From: Candidatus Poribacteria bacterium
GTDB lineage: Bacteria > Poribacteria > WGA-4E > WGA-3G
NCBI GenBank assembly: GCA_965242965.1
Contig: OZ251518.1
Span: 1,280,001 to 1,344,000, forward strand
Reading direction: 5' to 3'
DNA length: 64,000 nucleotides
Shown: positions 30,641 through 41,195 of the stretch, one piece after another
Layout of the letters: every line of letters starts with the position of its first letter
Numbering within the stretch: the stretch's first letter is position 1
The notes under the pieces: model-generated
The model's input: only the letters and a program-made list of their open reading frames with translations
What the model was told of the DNA's origin: nothing
Database searches by the model: none
Program-made: the position numbers and the translations under genes

Positions 30641-30820
30641 GGGCCTCTTTTCTGTCTGAACCAGGAATTGACAGACGCTGTCTTCACGCGGGACAAAACG
30701 AGACTCACGATAAGTGAGTTAGGACAGGTATTCGGCGCGATTGGATACCTCATGCGTTCCTGCATGCAGATGTCTTTGGAATAATGCACGTGCCTATCCC
30801 ACTGACACGATGGATGTGAC

Positions 30821-31042
30821 ATGCAAAAATGGTATGAGAACCGAACCCTTCTGAATACCGCTATCGTCTTGATGGCCGCCGGGTTTATCGCCTATTTCTT
30901 CCTGCAGTGGTACTGGGGATTGCCGTTGTTTCTCGCAATCGGCACGGCGATTATGATACGCGGCATCGTCAGGATAACCGCGCGGATGCGGGCCAACAAA
31001 CGACAGCAAAATCCACGAAACAAGAACAAGGACGAATCATGA
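30821..31042 (+). CDS. Small 2-TM membrane protein
   Basis: Two hydrophobic helices; stop overlaps next ATG (ATGA). Confidence 0.65.
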   Translation: MQKWYENRTLLNTAIVLMAAGFIAYFFLQWYWGLPLFLAIGTAIMIRGIVRITARMRANKRQQNPRNKNKDES

Positions 31043-32031
31043 GACGAAGAACCTTTATCAAACTCAGCGCGATTGGCGCAGCAGGGATGGTGCTACCGCT
31101 TCAGTTGGAGGCACAAGCAGCCGAGAGTTCGCTCCTCCGGCCCAGCACACTCATAACCCCTACTGCCGATTTCTATATCCTCCAAATTGGGAAACCTGCC
31201 GAGATTAACGCGGCACACTGGCGATTGGCCGTTACCGGGTTGATAGAGAAACCGGCTGCCCCTTTGCCGCTTGAAAACATCACCGCGATGGATGCCGTGA
31301 CGACGATGCGCACCCTGAAGTGCATCGGCGATGCGATTGGCACAGAGCAGATGAGCAACGCGACATGGAAAGGTGTCCGCTTACGCGATGTCCTTCAAAA
31401 ATTTGGCGTAAAACCCGAGGCGAAGGTGGTTGTCTTCCGATGTGCGGATGGGTATCACACGGCTATCCCGCTCGCCAATGCGATGCGGGAGGAAACCCTC
31501 CTCGCCTATGAAATGAACGACGAACCGCTACCGACAGAACACGGCTTCCCGATTCGGCTGCTCAACCCCGGGCACTACGGCACCAAAAACCCGAAATGGA
31601 TAGTCAATATCCAATTGGCGGTGCAGCATGAGAGTTATTGGGAGAAGCGCGGCTGGGATGCGATTGCTGCTGTCAAGTTGGCGACGGCCATCGGCACGCC
31701 GGGCGAAGGCGCGAAGATTAAAGCAGGAACTTCCTATACGGTAAGCGGCGCGGCGTTTGATGCAGGAAACCACGGCGGCATCAAATCGGTGGAAGTCAGC
31801 GTCGATTACGGGCAAACGTGGCAAGAAGCCGAGATTTGGGCGAAGGATACGCCGCTTGCATGGGTGCTCTGGAAATGGGACTGGCAAGTGCCAGACAAGG
31901 CGGAACCCGTTGAAATCTATGCGAGAGCCACTGCCAATAACGGAATGACGCAGGACGAAATCGGGATTGAAGCTGAGCCAGTGGGCGCAACCGGCTATCA
32001 TACAGTTGACGCGGAGATTGTCGCCTCATAA
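31039..32031 (+). CDS. Tat-exported sulfite-oxidase-family molybdopterin oxidoreductase
   Basis: MRRRTFIK Tat motif; LKCIG, NATWKGV, HGFPIRL..PG.YG.K..KW, VEVS.D.G.TW. Confidence 0.9.
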   Translation: MRRRTFIKLSAIGAAGMVLPLQLEAQAAESSLLRPSTLITPTADFYILQIGKPAEINAAHWRLAVTGLIEKPAAPLPLENITAMDAVTTMRTLKCIGDAIGTEQMSNATWKGVRLRDVLQKFGVKPEAKVVVFRCADGYHTAIPLANAMREETLLAYEMNDEPLPTEHGFPIRLLNPGHYGTKNPKWIVNIQLAVQHESYWEKRGWDAIAAVKLATAIGTPGEGAKIKAGTSYTVSGAAFDAGNHGGIKSVEVSVDYGQTWQEAEIWAKDTPLAWVLWKWDWQVPDKAEPVEIYARATANNGMTQDEIGIEAEPVGATGYHTVDAEIVAS

Positions 32032-32117
32032 GCGTTTCTAACGAACAAAAAGTCTCCGACGAGACTGACATGTCCACGCTCACGCCGAGGCAAACGTGTT
32101 TGAGAGCCATAGAAAAA

Positions 32118-33290
32118 ATGCGCCTAAAACCGAGCCAACTGCTCACCGCCTATCTACCAGCCTTGCTGATGGATTTCGCGTTTAGCAGCCTACTGACGAA
32201 CACCTCCTTTTACACGAGTCATCTGCGTCTCTCAAACGCATTCCTCGGCGGGCTAATGGCGGTAACCACTGCCTTCTTCGCGATGCTCGCCATCCCGTTC
32301 GGGCGGCTATCCGACCGGGGAGAGCGACGGTGGGTGCTTTACGCAGCGTGCATCCTCATCGGGGCTGTCAGCATCGGGCTACCGTTCTGCCGGAGCCGAC
32401 TGCACCTCCTCCTCATCTTTCCGGGTGTCGGAATAGGGATGGCACTTTTTTGGCCGGCTTATGAAGCATGGCTCGCTGAACGGGAAGGCGAAGGCGAACT
32501 GATTCATCGGGTGATGCTTTTCAATCTCTTTTGGAGTATCGGGATAACCCTCGGCCCGGCAGCCGCCGGCTATCTCTATCGCGATGCAAACCCGTTTACA
32601 CCGTTCTACCTTGCAAGTATCTTCAGTGTGCTGACAGGCGCGACAATCTTTTCAAACAAACCCAATCCCGCTGTCCGCACGGAGGCGACTGAAGAAGAAA
32701 CGGCAGAACCTGTCTTTCCGCCGCCTGCAGTGCGAACTACCTATCTCCACGTTGCGCGATGCGCGAATTTCGCGTCCTGGTTCGCGCTGGGAGTTCTGCG
32801 CAGACTCGCGCCGAAACTTATCTTGGAGATGGGGCTCGCCGCCAAAGTTTTCGGGAATCTAATGCTCATCCTTGGCGGCATCCAAACCTTAACATTCATC
32901 GGGCTCGGTGGCGGGTATTCAACCCGGTGGCACTATCGACTCGCACCCCTCCTCATCGTCCAAGCGGTGGCGATTATCAGTTTCATCGGCATCTGGCAGG
33001 TTCAGCATGCAACGTTATGGGCGTTTACCTTCGTCGGTATCGGCGTGTCTGTCGCCTTCACCTATTTCAGTAGCCTCTACTATGGGTTAGACAGGCAGGT
33101 AGACAAAGGCAATAAAAGCGGCTGGCACGAGGCAATTTTAGGCACTGGCATTCTCCTCGGTCCTTTTTTAGGCGGTATCGCCGCTGATTCGCAATTCGGC
33201 GTTCAGAGCCCTTATCTTCTCTGTGCCGCCGCGATTGCAATCGCTGTTGTCATAGAAATTTTCATTCACCAAAAGCGTCATAACCCATAG
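32118..33290 (+). CDS. MFS transporter (start 32070 or 32118)
   Basis: About 12 TM; GRLSDRGERR motif A. Confidence 0.85.
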   Translation: MRLKPSQLLTAYLPALLMDFAFSSLLTNTSFYTSHLRLSNAFLGGLMAVTTAFFAMLAIPFGRLSDRGERRWVLYAACILIGAVSIGLPFCRSRLHLLLIFPGVGIGMALFWPAYEAWLAEREGEGELIHRVMLFNLFWSIGITLGPAAAGYLYRDANPFTPFYLASIFSVLTGATIFSNKPNPAVRTEATEEETAEPVFPPPAVRTTYLHVARCANFASWFALGVLRRLAPKLILEMGLAAKVFGNLMLILGGIQTLTFIGLGGGYSTRWHYRLAPLLIVQAVAIISFIGIWQVQHATLWAFTFVGIGVSVAFTYFSSLYYGLDRQVDKGNKSGWHEAILGTGILLGPFLGGIAADSQFGVQSPYLLCAAAIAIAVVIEIFIHQKRHNP

Positions 33291-33324
33291 AGCCAATGCA
33301 GCCTCTTCCCGGTAAGGGACTTGT

Positions 33325-33790
33325 CAATAGGCGCGCCGGGTCTCCATACATCCCTGTAGGAGAGACCTCCCGGTCTCGATTGCTCCCTATAAGCGAGACC
33401 TCCTGGTCTCGATGTTCACCGGCGCGCGGGGGCCTGTCCCCCGCGCATCATCACCAAGAGGGGCGTTTTAGGTCCGTTAGTACCTTAATCATGAAAACAC
33501 GCTGCACAGCAAAATCTATTAAGGACCTAAAGGACTTTAGGGCTCTTCGCGGCCGCGCATGCTATAGACATGCAGGACCTAAAGGACCTGAAGAAAGAGA
33601 GAGACGTTTTTCCCTGTAGCGCGAGCGATCGCGAGGGACAGGCCCTCGCCCTACGATGAAGTGGGCTTTCTGCTGTCGCGGCCCCGGTAGGCGCGCCGCC
33701 CTATTGCATCGAGACCGGGAGGTCTCTCCTACCAAGAGGGCGCGGTATTCGGGGAGGATAAATGCCGAAACGGAGTTATGAAACACTCTC
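33325..33790. repeat. Composite REP-like cluster ending in TTATGAAACACTCTC
   Basis: Several GTAG hairpin types, AGGACC element and right-end motif. Confidence 0.8.
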
Positions 33791-33792
33791 GG

Positions 33793-34917
33793 TTAAGTGG
33801 CTCTGAGAGGATGCTCCCTAATGTAATCCTCATCAGGCGTAACGCCGAGGCCAGGCATATCCGGCACCGTCACCTGATGCTCACGAATTTCCACGCCGCT
33901 GACTGCCAGCGTCGTTAAAAACGCCGGCGCATTCAACTCCGCCGGTAAAACCAAATCCAAGGTAGCGAACAGGTGCACAGACGCGATGAAACCGATACCT
34001 GCCTCTGTCAACCCGCTACCGAGCATCTCCAACGCATTCGCCTCGGCGACATGGACGCTCTTCAGGCATTCCGCCAACCCTCCCGATTTACACACTTTCA
34101 AAACGACAGCATCGGCGCATTCAAGTCGCGCAATCTTTGCCAAATCAAACGAGGTAAAACAGCCTTCGTCAATCGCAATCGGAAGAGACGCGTTATCCCG
34201 CACGCGCTTCATGCCGAACCAGTCTTGACTTGCAACTGGTTGCTCCATGCAGTAGATTTCACGAAGATCAGCGACTCGGTTGAGGAGTTCAACGGCTCTG
34301 GAGGGGACATAAGACTGATTCGCGTCAATCCAGAGCGTTGCATCCGGCATTGCCTCATGCACAGCGCGCAAACGTTCTTCATCTGCGCCTGGCTCTCCCG
34401 CGACTTTCACCTTAAAACAGCGGCACGGCGACAACGCTTTCGCCTTCAATCCCATTATCTCCGGTGTATCAATGCTTAGCGCATAACAGAGCGGCAAAGC
34501 ATCGTGGCGTTTTCCGCCGAAGAGCGTATGTAACGGCACGCCTAGGATGCGGGCACCCAAGTCATGCAAAGCGATATCAACGGAGGCTTTAGCGAAAGGA
34601 TGCCCGTTGCTGACAGCGGGTTTCAACGCCTGATACATCGCATCGTGGATTTTGTTGAGATGCAGGGGATTCTGTCCGATGAGAAGCGGCGCGAGATGAA
34701 ACTGAATCGTTGAGGTAATTGATTCCACCGTTTCATAACTCCACGAAGGAAGCGCGCGCTGTTCTCCCCAACCGATGTAACCGTCGTCTGTGGTGATTTT
34801 GACGAAGATATGGTGCCCTGCCGATGCCGCATCCCCGACAAAGCCGGTGCCGATAGTGAAAACATCTTTCATGCCGATGGCGGTAGGAAAAACGTCTACG
34901 TGTGCGATTTTACTCAT
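33793..34917 (-). CDS. Mandelate racemase/muconate lactonizing enzyme family
   Basis: DIALHDL, FKVKV, DANQ, EQP, DE, K..K.GG, PGLG. Confidence 0.9.
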   Translation of the reverse strand: MSKIAHVDVFPTAIGMKDVFTIGTGFVGDAASAGHHIFVKITTDDGYIGWGEQRALPSWSYETVESITSTIQFHLAPLLIGQNPLHLNKIHDAMYQALKPAVSNGHPFAKASVDIALHDLGARILGVPLHTLFGGKRHDALPLCYALSIDTPEIMGLKAKALSPCRCFKVKVAGEPGADEERLRAVHEAMPDATLWIDANQSYVPSRAVELLNRVADLREIYCMEQPVASQDWFGMKRVRDNASLPIAIDEGCFTSFDLAKIARLECADAVVLKVCKSGGLAECLKSVHVAEANALEMLGSGLTEAGIGFIASVHLFATLDLVLPAELNAPAFLTTLAVSGVEIREHQVTVPDMPGLGVTPDEDYIREHPLRAT

Positions 34918-35061
34918 AATGCTGTTTCCGTTGCGGGTTGAGAAATTGTGAATCTGTGAGAAAGCATACCACGATTCACGGAAATGATCAAAACGAATTT
35001 TTAACCTTTCATTTCGCGATTATGCTATAATGCAAAAAAGCACTCTTTACGGAGGCACCTC

Positions 35062-36243
35062 ATGTTGACTATCAAACGCCTTGAAGCCATCTCATTGAAC
35101 GTGCCGTTCTATTGCGAGCGCGTCAGTCGCCACATGCACCGCGCCTTGACACACGGCGAGCGCGTCTACGTCTATCGCGTTGAATTCAGCAACGGCACCG
35201 TCGGGTATGGCGAAAATTTAGCAGATGAATCGGATAACATCGAACGCCTCATCGGGCAGAACCCGTTTGCGATGATGAACGATGACAGCATCGGGTTCGG
35301 CATCCAGATGGCACTTTTTGATGCAATCGGGAAAGTCGTGGACGTGCCAGTCTATCAACTCGTTGGCACAAAGGTTCGCGAAAAATGCCCTATCTCGTGG
35401 TGGGATATCGACATGCCGCCCGAAGATTGGGTGGCGGAGGTAGAAGAATCGGTGCGCCGAGGCTATACTTCCGCGAAACTCAAAGCACGCCCATGGCGAG
35501 ACATCTTCGCGCAGGTAGACGCAGTCGGCGACGCTGTGCCGGCAGATTATCGGTTGGATATTGATTTCAACGGCTTCCTCCGCACGGCGGACAACGCCAT
35601 CCCGGTTCTACAACGGCTTGACGAACACCCGAACGTCGCCATTTACGAGAGTCCGTTTTATCTCGGTACCGATGTCACAGGTGCCGGGAGGTTGCAGGCG
35701 GCTGTCCAAAAACGCATCGTTGAGCATTTTAACGAGGCATGTTTGCATGCGCGCTGTTGCGGCGGGTTCGTTGTCGGCGGCGGCGTAACTGCACTGCGAA
35801 GGACTAACGCGCTCTGTGCATCCTTTGAGCAACCGTTCTGGTTACAAATGGTAGGCACCGGCATTACGACAGCGTATGCGGTGCATCTCGGAGCCGTGCT
35901 GTCGCAAGCCGAATTACCTGCGATTACCTGTCACGAGTTATGGGAGTCCGATCTCCTCAAAAACCGCCTCCCTGTTCTTAACGGAACAATTCAGGTTTCG
36001 GAGGCTCCTGGGCTCGGCATTGAGGTAGATGAGGCTGCCTTAGCGGCGTATCGCGTCGAGAAAACCGAACCTACCCCGCAGCAACGCTTCCGCGAAAGCG
36101 AGTATACGTGCCGGGTGCATATTCCGAATGCTGATGGCGGCGAACACATTCACGATTTCACAGGCGAAGATGTCTATTATCCGGCGTTTAGTGAGGGTGA
36201 GTATCCGGGGTTCGTGCCGGGGGTATGGATGGAAGTCGTGTGA
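35062..36243 (+). CDS. Enolase-superfamily (MR/MLE-like) protein
   Basis: MALFDAIGK...PVYQL.G, KLKARP, DFN, ESP, PGLGIEVD. Confidence 0.85.
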   Translation: MLTIKRLEAISLNVPFYCERVSRHMHRALTHGERVYVYRVEFSNGTVGYGENLADESDNIERLIGQNPFAMMNDDSIGFGIQMALFDAIGKVVDVPVYQLVGTKVREKCPISWWDIDMPPEDWVAEVEESVRRGYTSAKLKARPWRDIFAQVDAVGDAVPADYRLDIDFNGFLRTADNAIPVLQRLDEHPNVAIYESPFYLGTDVTGAGRLQAAVQKRIVEHFNEACLHARCCGGFVVGGGVTALRRTNALCASFEQPFWLQMVGTGITTAYAVHLGAVLSQAELPAITCHELWESDLLKNRLPVLNGTIQVSEAPGLGIEVDEAALAAYRVEKTEPTPQQRFRESEYTCRVHIPNADGGEHIHDFTGEDVYYPAFSEGEYPGFVPGVWMEVV

Positions 36244-36266
36244 TATGTCCCCGCTGCAATTGAGAC

Positions 36267-36626
36267 TCACAGATTGGGCATAGGTTTCGTTCGGATGCGA
36301 TTTTCATCAGCAACCGCAAAAACCCCTGCCCAATCGGTTTGACTTTCCAACACGCTCACCACGGTATGGACGGTGACAGTTGCGGAAGCAGATGGCAGAC
36401 GAAATAGAATTATCCCGAAAGGGGCGTTCAATCCAAAACGGTGGACTAATTCCCCAAAATCTTTATCAAAGGTAATCAGGGTTCGCTTTTGCGCTGTCGC
36501 GAGAGCCAGGACTTCCACATCATTGATACTCGGGTGCGCTTCCTTTATCCATAGGACATCGTGTCCACGGCCTCGAAGCGTTTGCACGAATAAACTCGGG
36601 AGGTTTTCATCAGCTATGATGCGCAT
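36267..36626 (-). CDS. DUF5615 PIN-like toxin (VapC45-like)
   Basis: MRIIADENL, GHDV, D.EVL..A....R.LITFDKDFGEL. Confidence 0.88.
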   Translation of the reverse strand: MRIIADENLPSLFVQTLRGRGHDVLWIKEAHPSINDVEVLALATAQKRTLITFDKDFGELVHRFGLNAPFGIILFRLPSASATVTVHTVVSVLESQTDWAGVFAVADENRIRTKPMPNL

Positions 36627-36629
36627 TGA

Positions 36630-37151
36630 TTAGTTCCGTAGCGGTTGGCAAGGCTTTGCCGCGGCCAGCATCGCACTCGCGTAAGCAAGGCAGGCGCGGA
36701 TATCCTCAAGCACAAGACTCGGATAATTCTCCAGAATCTCTGCCTCACTCCATCCGTTCGCCAGCAATTCAAGGATGAATTCAACGGTTAACCGCGTGCC
36801 TCTGACAGCCGGTCTGCCCATCACGATGTTTTTATCAGTGGCGATGCGACCTATTAACAGATGCGCGCGCTGATCTTTCATCTTGAGCCCGAGTTCCGTT
36901 ATCTGCCAATATCCGCGTTGGGGCGATGCGACGAAGCCCTCGGATTTCAAGTCCAGTCTGGCCCAATTGCAACGATGATAAAACCGCGACTGCCCACTCG
37001 ACAAACTTTCCTCTAACTCCGCCTTAGTCAGCGAAAAGTGCTCAACGAGGGTATCCACGAGTGCCTTCCAACACCACACTTTCCCATCGGCGAGACATTG
37101 GAGAAGGACAGGTTCAATTTCTTTGTTTGTCGGCAATGAACTCACAGCCAT
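36630..37151 (-). CDS. Mrr N-terminal winged helix fused to DUF433 antitoxin
   Basis: N-part HFSLT..EL.E.L.SG..RF..R..WA..DL...G......RG.W.IT..G; C-part I.MGRP.VRGTRLTVEFILELLANGWSEAEILENYP.L..EDIRACL.YA; GAGGAG RBS. Confidence 0.85.
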   Translation of the reverse strand: MAVSSLPTNKEIEPVLLQCLADGKVWCWKALVDTLVEHFSLTKAELEESLSSGQSRFYHRCNWARLDLKSEGFVASPQRGYWQITELGLKMKDQRAHLLIGRIATDKNIVMGRPAVRGTRLTVEFILELLANGWSEAEILENYPSLVLEDIRACLAYASAMLAAAKPCQPLRN

Positions 37152-37264
37152 TTTAAGTTCTCCTCTATCCATTGAAATGATGCCGCTGCTTTTCGGTGCA
37201 GCGACTGTTTCCAAAGTTTACCATATAGGATACCACAATTTGACGCGTTTGTCAAATTGGTACA

Positions 37265-37820
37265 CTGGTAGGAGAGACCTCCCGGTCTCGATGTTCCCGT
37301 AGCGCGGGGCCCTCGGATGCCATACGCGCATCCGAGAGGGTTTCCCCCGCGATGGTTCAAAAACCGTTTTTTATCGTAGCGCGGGGGCCTGTCCCCCGCG
37401 ATCGCCATCGTCAAGAGGGGCGTTTTAGGGCCTTTGGGACTTACATGTCTATAGAAACACGTATCGCGCCGTTTTCAAGGGCCCTTAATAAAAACACGCG
37501 CGGCCCTGGCAAAACCTATTAAGGACCTAAAGGACCTTAGTGTTCTTCGCGATCGCGCGTGCTATAGACATTCAGGTCCTACAGACCTGAAGAGAATAAG
37601 AGACGTTTTTTCCGTAGCGCGAACGCTGGCGAGGGACAGGCCCTCGCCCTACGGTGAAGTGCAGTTTTTATCGTAGCGCGGGGGCCTGTCCCCCGCGAGC
37701 GTTGGAGTGCACCGACGCTGGCGAGGGACAGGCCCTCGCCCTACGTGAAGGGGCGGCGTTTTTTCACCGCAGCGCGGGGCCTGTCACCGCAACGTTGAGC
37801 GAGTTATGGAACACCCTTAG
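37265..37820. repeat. Composite REP-like cluster ending in TTATGGAACACCCTTA
   Basis: GTAG hairpins, ~175-bp AGGACC element, right-end motif. Confidence 0.8.
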
Positions 37821-37832
37821 TTATCCTGACTC

Positions 37833-39272
37833 CTAATCGCGCGAGGTAGCAGGTAATTCTAATTGATGTTCACTAATATGACGCTCGCTTTTGTTGCGAG
37901 TCCTGATAACCCACGGCACCTTGATGCGTTGGTTGATGGACTCAGGATTTGCGAAGTAGGCATCATCGATGTTCCAGAATTGGAGGCGATGATATCGCTG
38001 TCCATTATGTTCGATGTAGCCTTCTCTTTCACGTTGTTCCAGCATGCTTTTTGTCGCATTGCAGTTAAGCATAATGAAGATGCCGATATCTGCCTCTTGA
38101 TTACGCATGGAGGTGCAGAACGCTCGGACCTGGGCAATGCTTGGATTCCCTGACTTTACCTCGGCGACGACTTTGCCAACGTATTGTGCCATGTTGCTGG
38201 AGTCCCATATCTTCACTGGGAGTACCCCATCGATGCCACCATCGCCTACGTTGGTGGTAGGTTCTAATCCCAACCGTGTCACAGCCCAGTTAGCGAAGTC
38301 GTGATACTTTTTCTCGTCGCGGGCTAACTTGATTGCCTCTTGCACGGTTGTCGGATACCCCTCAATGTCATAATCAATGGAGGAATTGAATCCGTAACGC
38401 TCTCGTAGCCGTTTTTGCATCGGGTCGAGGGCGAGAATGGTTAAGTCAATGCCTATCCATTGCCGTTCTAATGCCTCGGCTGCATCAATGGTGGTGCCAC
38501 ACCCCGCGAACGGATCAAGCACAACATCGCCGGGGTTTGAGGACGCTTTGATGATGCGCTCGTAGAGGGCGCGAGGTTTCTGCGTAGGATAACCGAGTCG
38601 TTCGTGCGCCCTATTGTTTAAAGAGGGGATGTCCGTCCAATAATCAAGCATGCCTTTCTCTTTACCACCCATCCTCGCGCTTGTCGCGGGGACAGTTGGC
38701 TTGTCGAAATAATACTCTTCACCCTTTGAGTAGAAGAAAATAATGTCGTGTTTCTTCGAGAAACACCGCTTTGAACTACCGCCAAGTCCATAGCACCAGA
38801 TAATCTCGTTACGAAAATTCGCCGCGCCGAAAATCGCATCCATCATGCCCTTGAGGTAGTGACTCGCCGACGCATCGCAGTGCAGATAAATGCTACCGTC
38901 ATCGCGCAAGACCCGGTGCATCTCGGCGATACGCGGTCCCATGAATGCGAGATATGCTCGGAGCGACGCTGGCTGTCCACTTACGGCATTCTGTAGCACC
39001 ATATCATATCCCTCAAGGCAGTTGTTAAGTCGCTTGTAGGTGTTGTTCCCGCGTGCCAGTTGCCGAATCTCATCGCGCGCTTTTTCGGCGGGTTCGTCCC
39101 ACGTCCACGTATCCACGAACGCTTTTTTCATGGCATCGGATTCGGGGAGGAATGTGTTGTAGTTGCGCCCGCTATTGAACGGCGGATCCGTGCAGCAAAG
39201 GTTGACTGACTTGTCTGCGATAGCCTCGCGCATCACGGTGAGATTGTCTCCGAAAATCATTCGTCTTATCAT
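37833..39272 (-). CDS. Beta-class N6/N4 DNA methyltransferase fused to C-terminal Mrr-like PD-(D/E)xK domain
   Basis: DPPFNS, YPTQKP, DPFAGCGTT; DGGIDG...AEVKSG. Confidence 0.88.
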   Translation of the reverse strand: MIRRMIFGDNLTVMREAIADKSVNLCCTDPPFNSGRNYNTFLPESDAMKKAFVDTWTWDEPAEKARDEIRQLARGNNTYKRLNNCLEGYDMVLQNAVSGQPASLRAYLAFMGPRIAEMHRVLRDDGSIYLHCDASASHYLKGMMDAIFGAANFRNEIIWCYGLGGSSKRCFSKKHDIIFFYSKGEEYYFDKPTVPATSARMGGKEKGMLDYWTDIPSLNNRAHERLGYPTQKPRALYERIIKASSNPGDVVLDPFAGCGTTIDAAEALERQWIGIDLTILALDPMQKRLRERYGFNSSIDYDIEGYPTTVQEAIKLARDEKKYHDFANWAVTRLGLEPTTNVGDGGIDGVLPVKIWDSSNMAQYVGKVVAEVKSGNPSIAQVRAFCTSMRNQEADIGIFIMLNCNATKSMLEQREREGYIEHNGQRYHRLQFWNIDDAYFANPESINQRIKVPWVIRTRNKSERHISEHQLELPATSRD

Positions 39273-39333
39273 GTGTAATTCTCTTTTTGTTTGAGTGTGC
39301 GGGCGGCTCCACGCCGCCCGCCGGGGATTTGGT

Positions 39334-39655
39334 TGAGGGGGTTTCATAAATCGATGGCTTCCCGGTAGGAGAGACCTCCCGGTCTCGCTATCTTCCAGTA
39401 GGAGAGACCTCCCGGTCTCGATGAGGTAAGGCGTGCCCGCTCTTGCCCTGTTCGGGTGCGCGCCGCCTATAGTTCAGGAGCACCTGCTCCTGAACTGTTT
39501 GTGATGAGACGCTTGCAAACGACAGCAGGATGGCTCTCCTACGGGTGTGCATCGAGACCAGGAGGTCTCTCCTACGGGGACATCGCTCGCATTGTGACAG
39601 GGACGGTGCACCGCCTGGAAGAAGAAATCGAGACCAGGAGGTCTCTCCTACGGGG
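39334..39655. repeat. REP-like cluster with left-end motif TGAGGGGGTTTCATAA
   Basis: Four GAGACC/GGTCTC hairpins and a TTCAGGAGC type. Confidence 0.8.
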
Positions 39656-39704
39656 AAGAGGTGATGCGGGAATAGGAACTCCCGCACCACACCGAAATAC
39701 CGAA

Positions 39705-41069
39705 TCATTCACCCTCTTCGGCGAAATAATCCGAATCCACCCGCTTAATCTCATAAGACTTGGTGACAGAAACGCCAACGTTGTAGTCGATCATGGACTG
39801 CGCGAGTTGATGGCCATCAATCAGGACAATCTTGGTATCCCTGGAGTCAATCGACGACACATATTCCCTGGCACGGTTGGAAAACGCCGAGGTTGTGATG
39901 AAAATCCCTTTCCGAGCACGCCGCCCTGACAATGCTCCGACAAAATCACGAACAGGCGGCTCACCAACGTCGGCCTGCCACCTTTTCGCTTGAACGTAAA
40001 TCACGTCAAGACCGAGGATGTCTTCGTTAATGACCCCGTCAATGCCGCCATCACCGCTGCCACCTACGGCTCTTCCGGCCTCTTCGCGCGAACCGCCGTA
40101 ACCCATCGCAACGAGCAGATCGATAACGAGTTCCTCGAAAAAGTCGGGCGAGTTATCCTGAATCCGTTGAAGCAGGTCTGCCGTTAGTGCGTCTTGAATC
40201 TGTTGATAGTTTGTCTCAATAGATTCCTCGGCGGCTTGGGCTAAGTTGTCTTCAACGGGAATATAATCACTAGCTGCAACGGCGGAGATCGAGGTAGCAG
40301 TGTCCGATTCAGACCCTTCGCGAATCTGTTCCGACTTAGCAAACCACCCTCTCCTAGGTTTCATCAGCTGCCCCGATTTGACTAAGTTATTCGCCGCGAT
40401 AGTTACCACATTGCGGAAAAGTTTGTAATAGTTGGACTGAGCCGACCCCCGAGCGTTCCTCTGCCGATCTGTCAGTGAAAAATGTTCCGCCAATTGATTC
40501 ACGACATCCTTGGTGGACATTCCGCGATCTGGATAGTCAAGTGCCAGCAAAGCAGCTTGCACGGCTTCGTTCGACGGTAACTCAACTTCATAATCCTGGT
40601 CGGTTTCAGGATCAAAAGCCGTTCTCGTCACGGTTGCAAAAATTCTATCTCCCGAAGCATCCGAGTTTCCTTCACTAGCGGACTCTCGTGAAGATTCGCG
40701 AACTCTTTCAAGTCCGCTCTCCGCGTGGCGATTAGAAATGCCACGCACGCCCTTCTGCGGCTGCGATTTGCGCCTCGGCGGCATGCAACCGTATTTCTTG
40801 AAGTTCGCGTCGGAGAGTTCCAACCCCTTATAGGTAAGAAACTCTTTGACGTGATCTCTCCAGATCGGTGCGCGGCGCATACGTTCCATTTGGACATAGG
40901 AAAGCCCAGCCCGAAGACATATGGTGTCGCCAGACGTGGCATACCAGGTTACCCCTTCATGCCTCAACTCAAGCATTTGGGGAATTGACAACTTGGAATC
41001 AATAGACGCTTCTGCGCCATCGATATCCACAAAATTAATCTGCATCGAGTTGTCCTGAATCCTCTGCAT
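39705..41069 (-). CDS. mrr: Mrr-family type IV restriction endonuclease with extra N-terminal domain
   Basis: FFEELVIDLLVAMGYG, GDGGIDGVI..D.LGLD.IYVQAKRW, GIFITTS.F, LIDG..L. Confidence 0.9.
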   Translation of the reverse strand: MQRIQDNSMQINFVDIDGAEASIDSKLSIPQMLELRHEGVTWYATSGDTICLRAGLSYVQMERMRRAPIWRDHVKEFLTYKGLELSDANFKKYGCMPPRRKSQPQKGVRGISNRHAESGLERVRESSRESASEGNSDASGDRIFATVTRTAFDPETDQDYEVELPSNEAVQAALLALDYPDRGMSTKDVVNQLAEHFSLTDRQRNARGSAQSNYYKLFRNVVTIAANNLVKSGQLMKPRRGWFAKSEQIREGSESDTATSISAVAASDYIPVEDNLAQAAEESIETNYQQIQDALTADLLQRIQDNSPDFFEELVIDLLVAMGYGGSREEAGRAVGGSGDGGIDGVINEDILGLDVIYVQAKRWQADVGEPPVRDFVGALSGRRARKGIFITTSAFSNRAREYVSSIDSRDTKIVLIDGHQLAQSMIDYNVGVSVTKSYEIKRVDSDYFAEEGE

Positions 41070-41195
41070 AAAATACCTCCATTTTAGCGCGATGTGGTGC
41101 AGGAATCAGGACCTCGCACCACATCGAAATTCGGCGGGCGCGTATTGTCGCGATGCCCGCGTTTCTCGGTTTTGATGTCAAACCGAATTAGCCGT
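41066..41195 (-). repeat. Structured intergenic leader, copy 1 of 2
   Basis: About 125 bp nearly identical to 42006-42128; stems GCGGGC/GCCCGC and GATGTGGTGC/GCACCACATC; GGAGG RBS. Confidence 0.75.
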
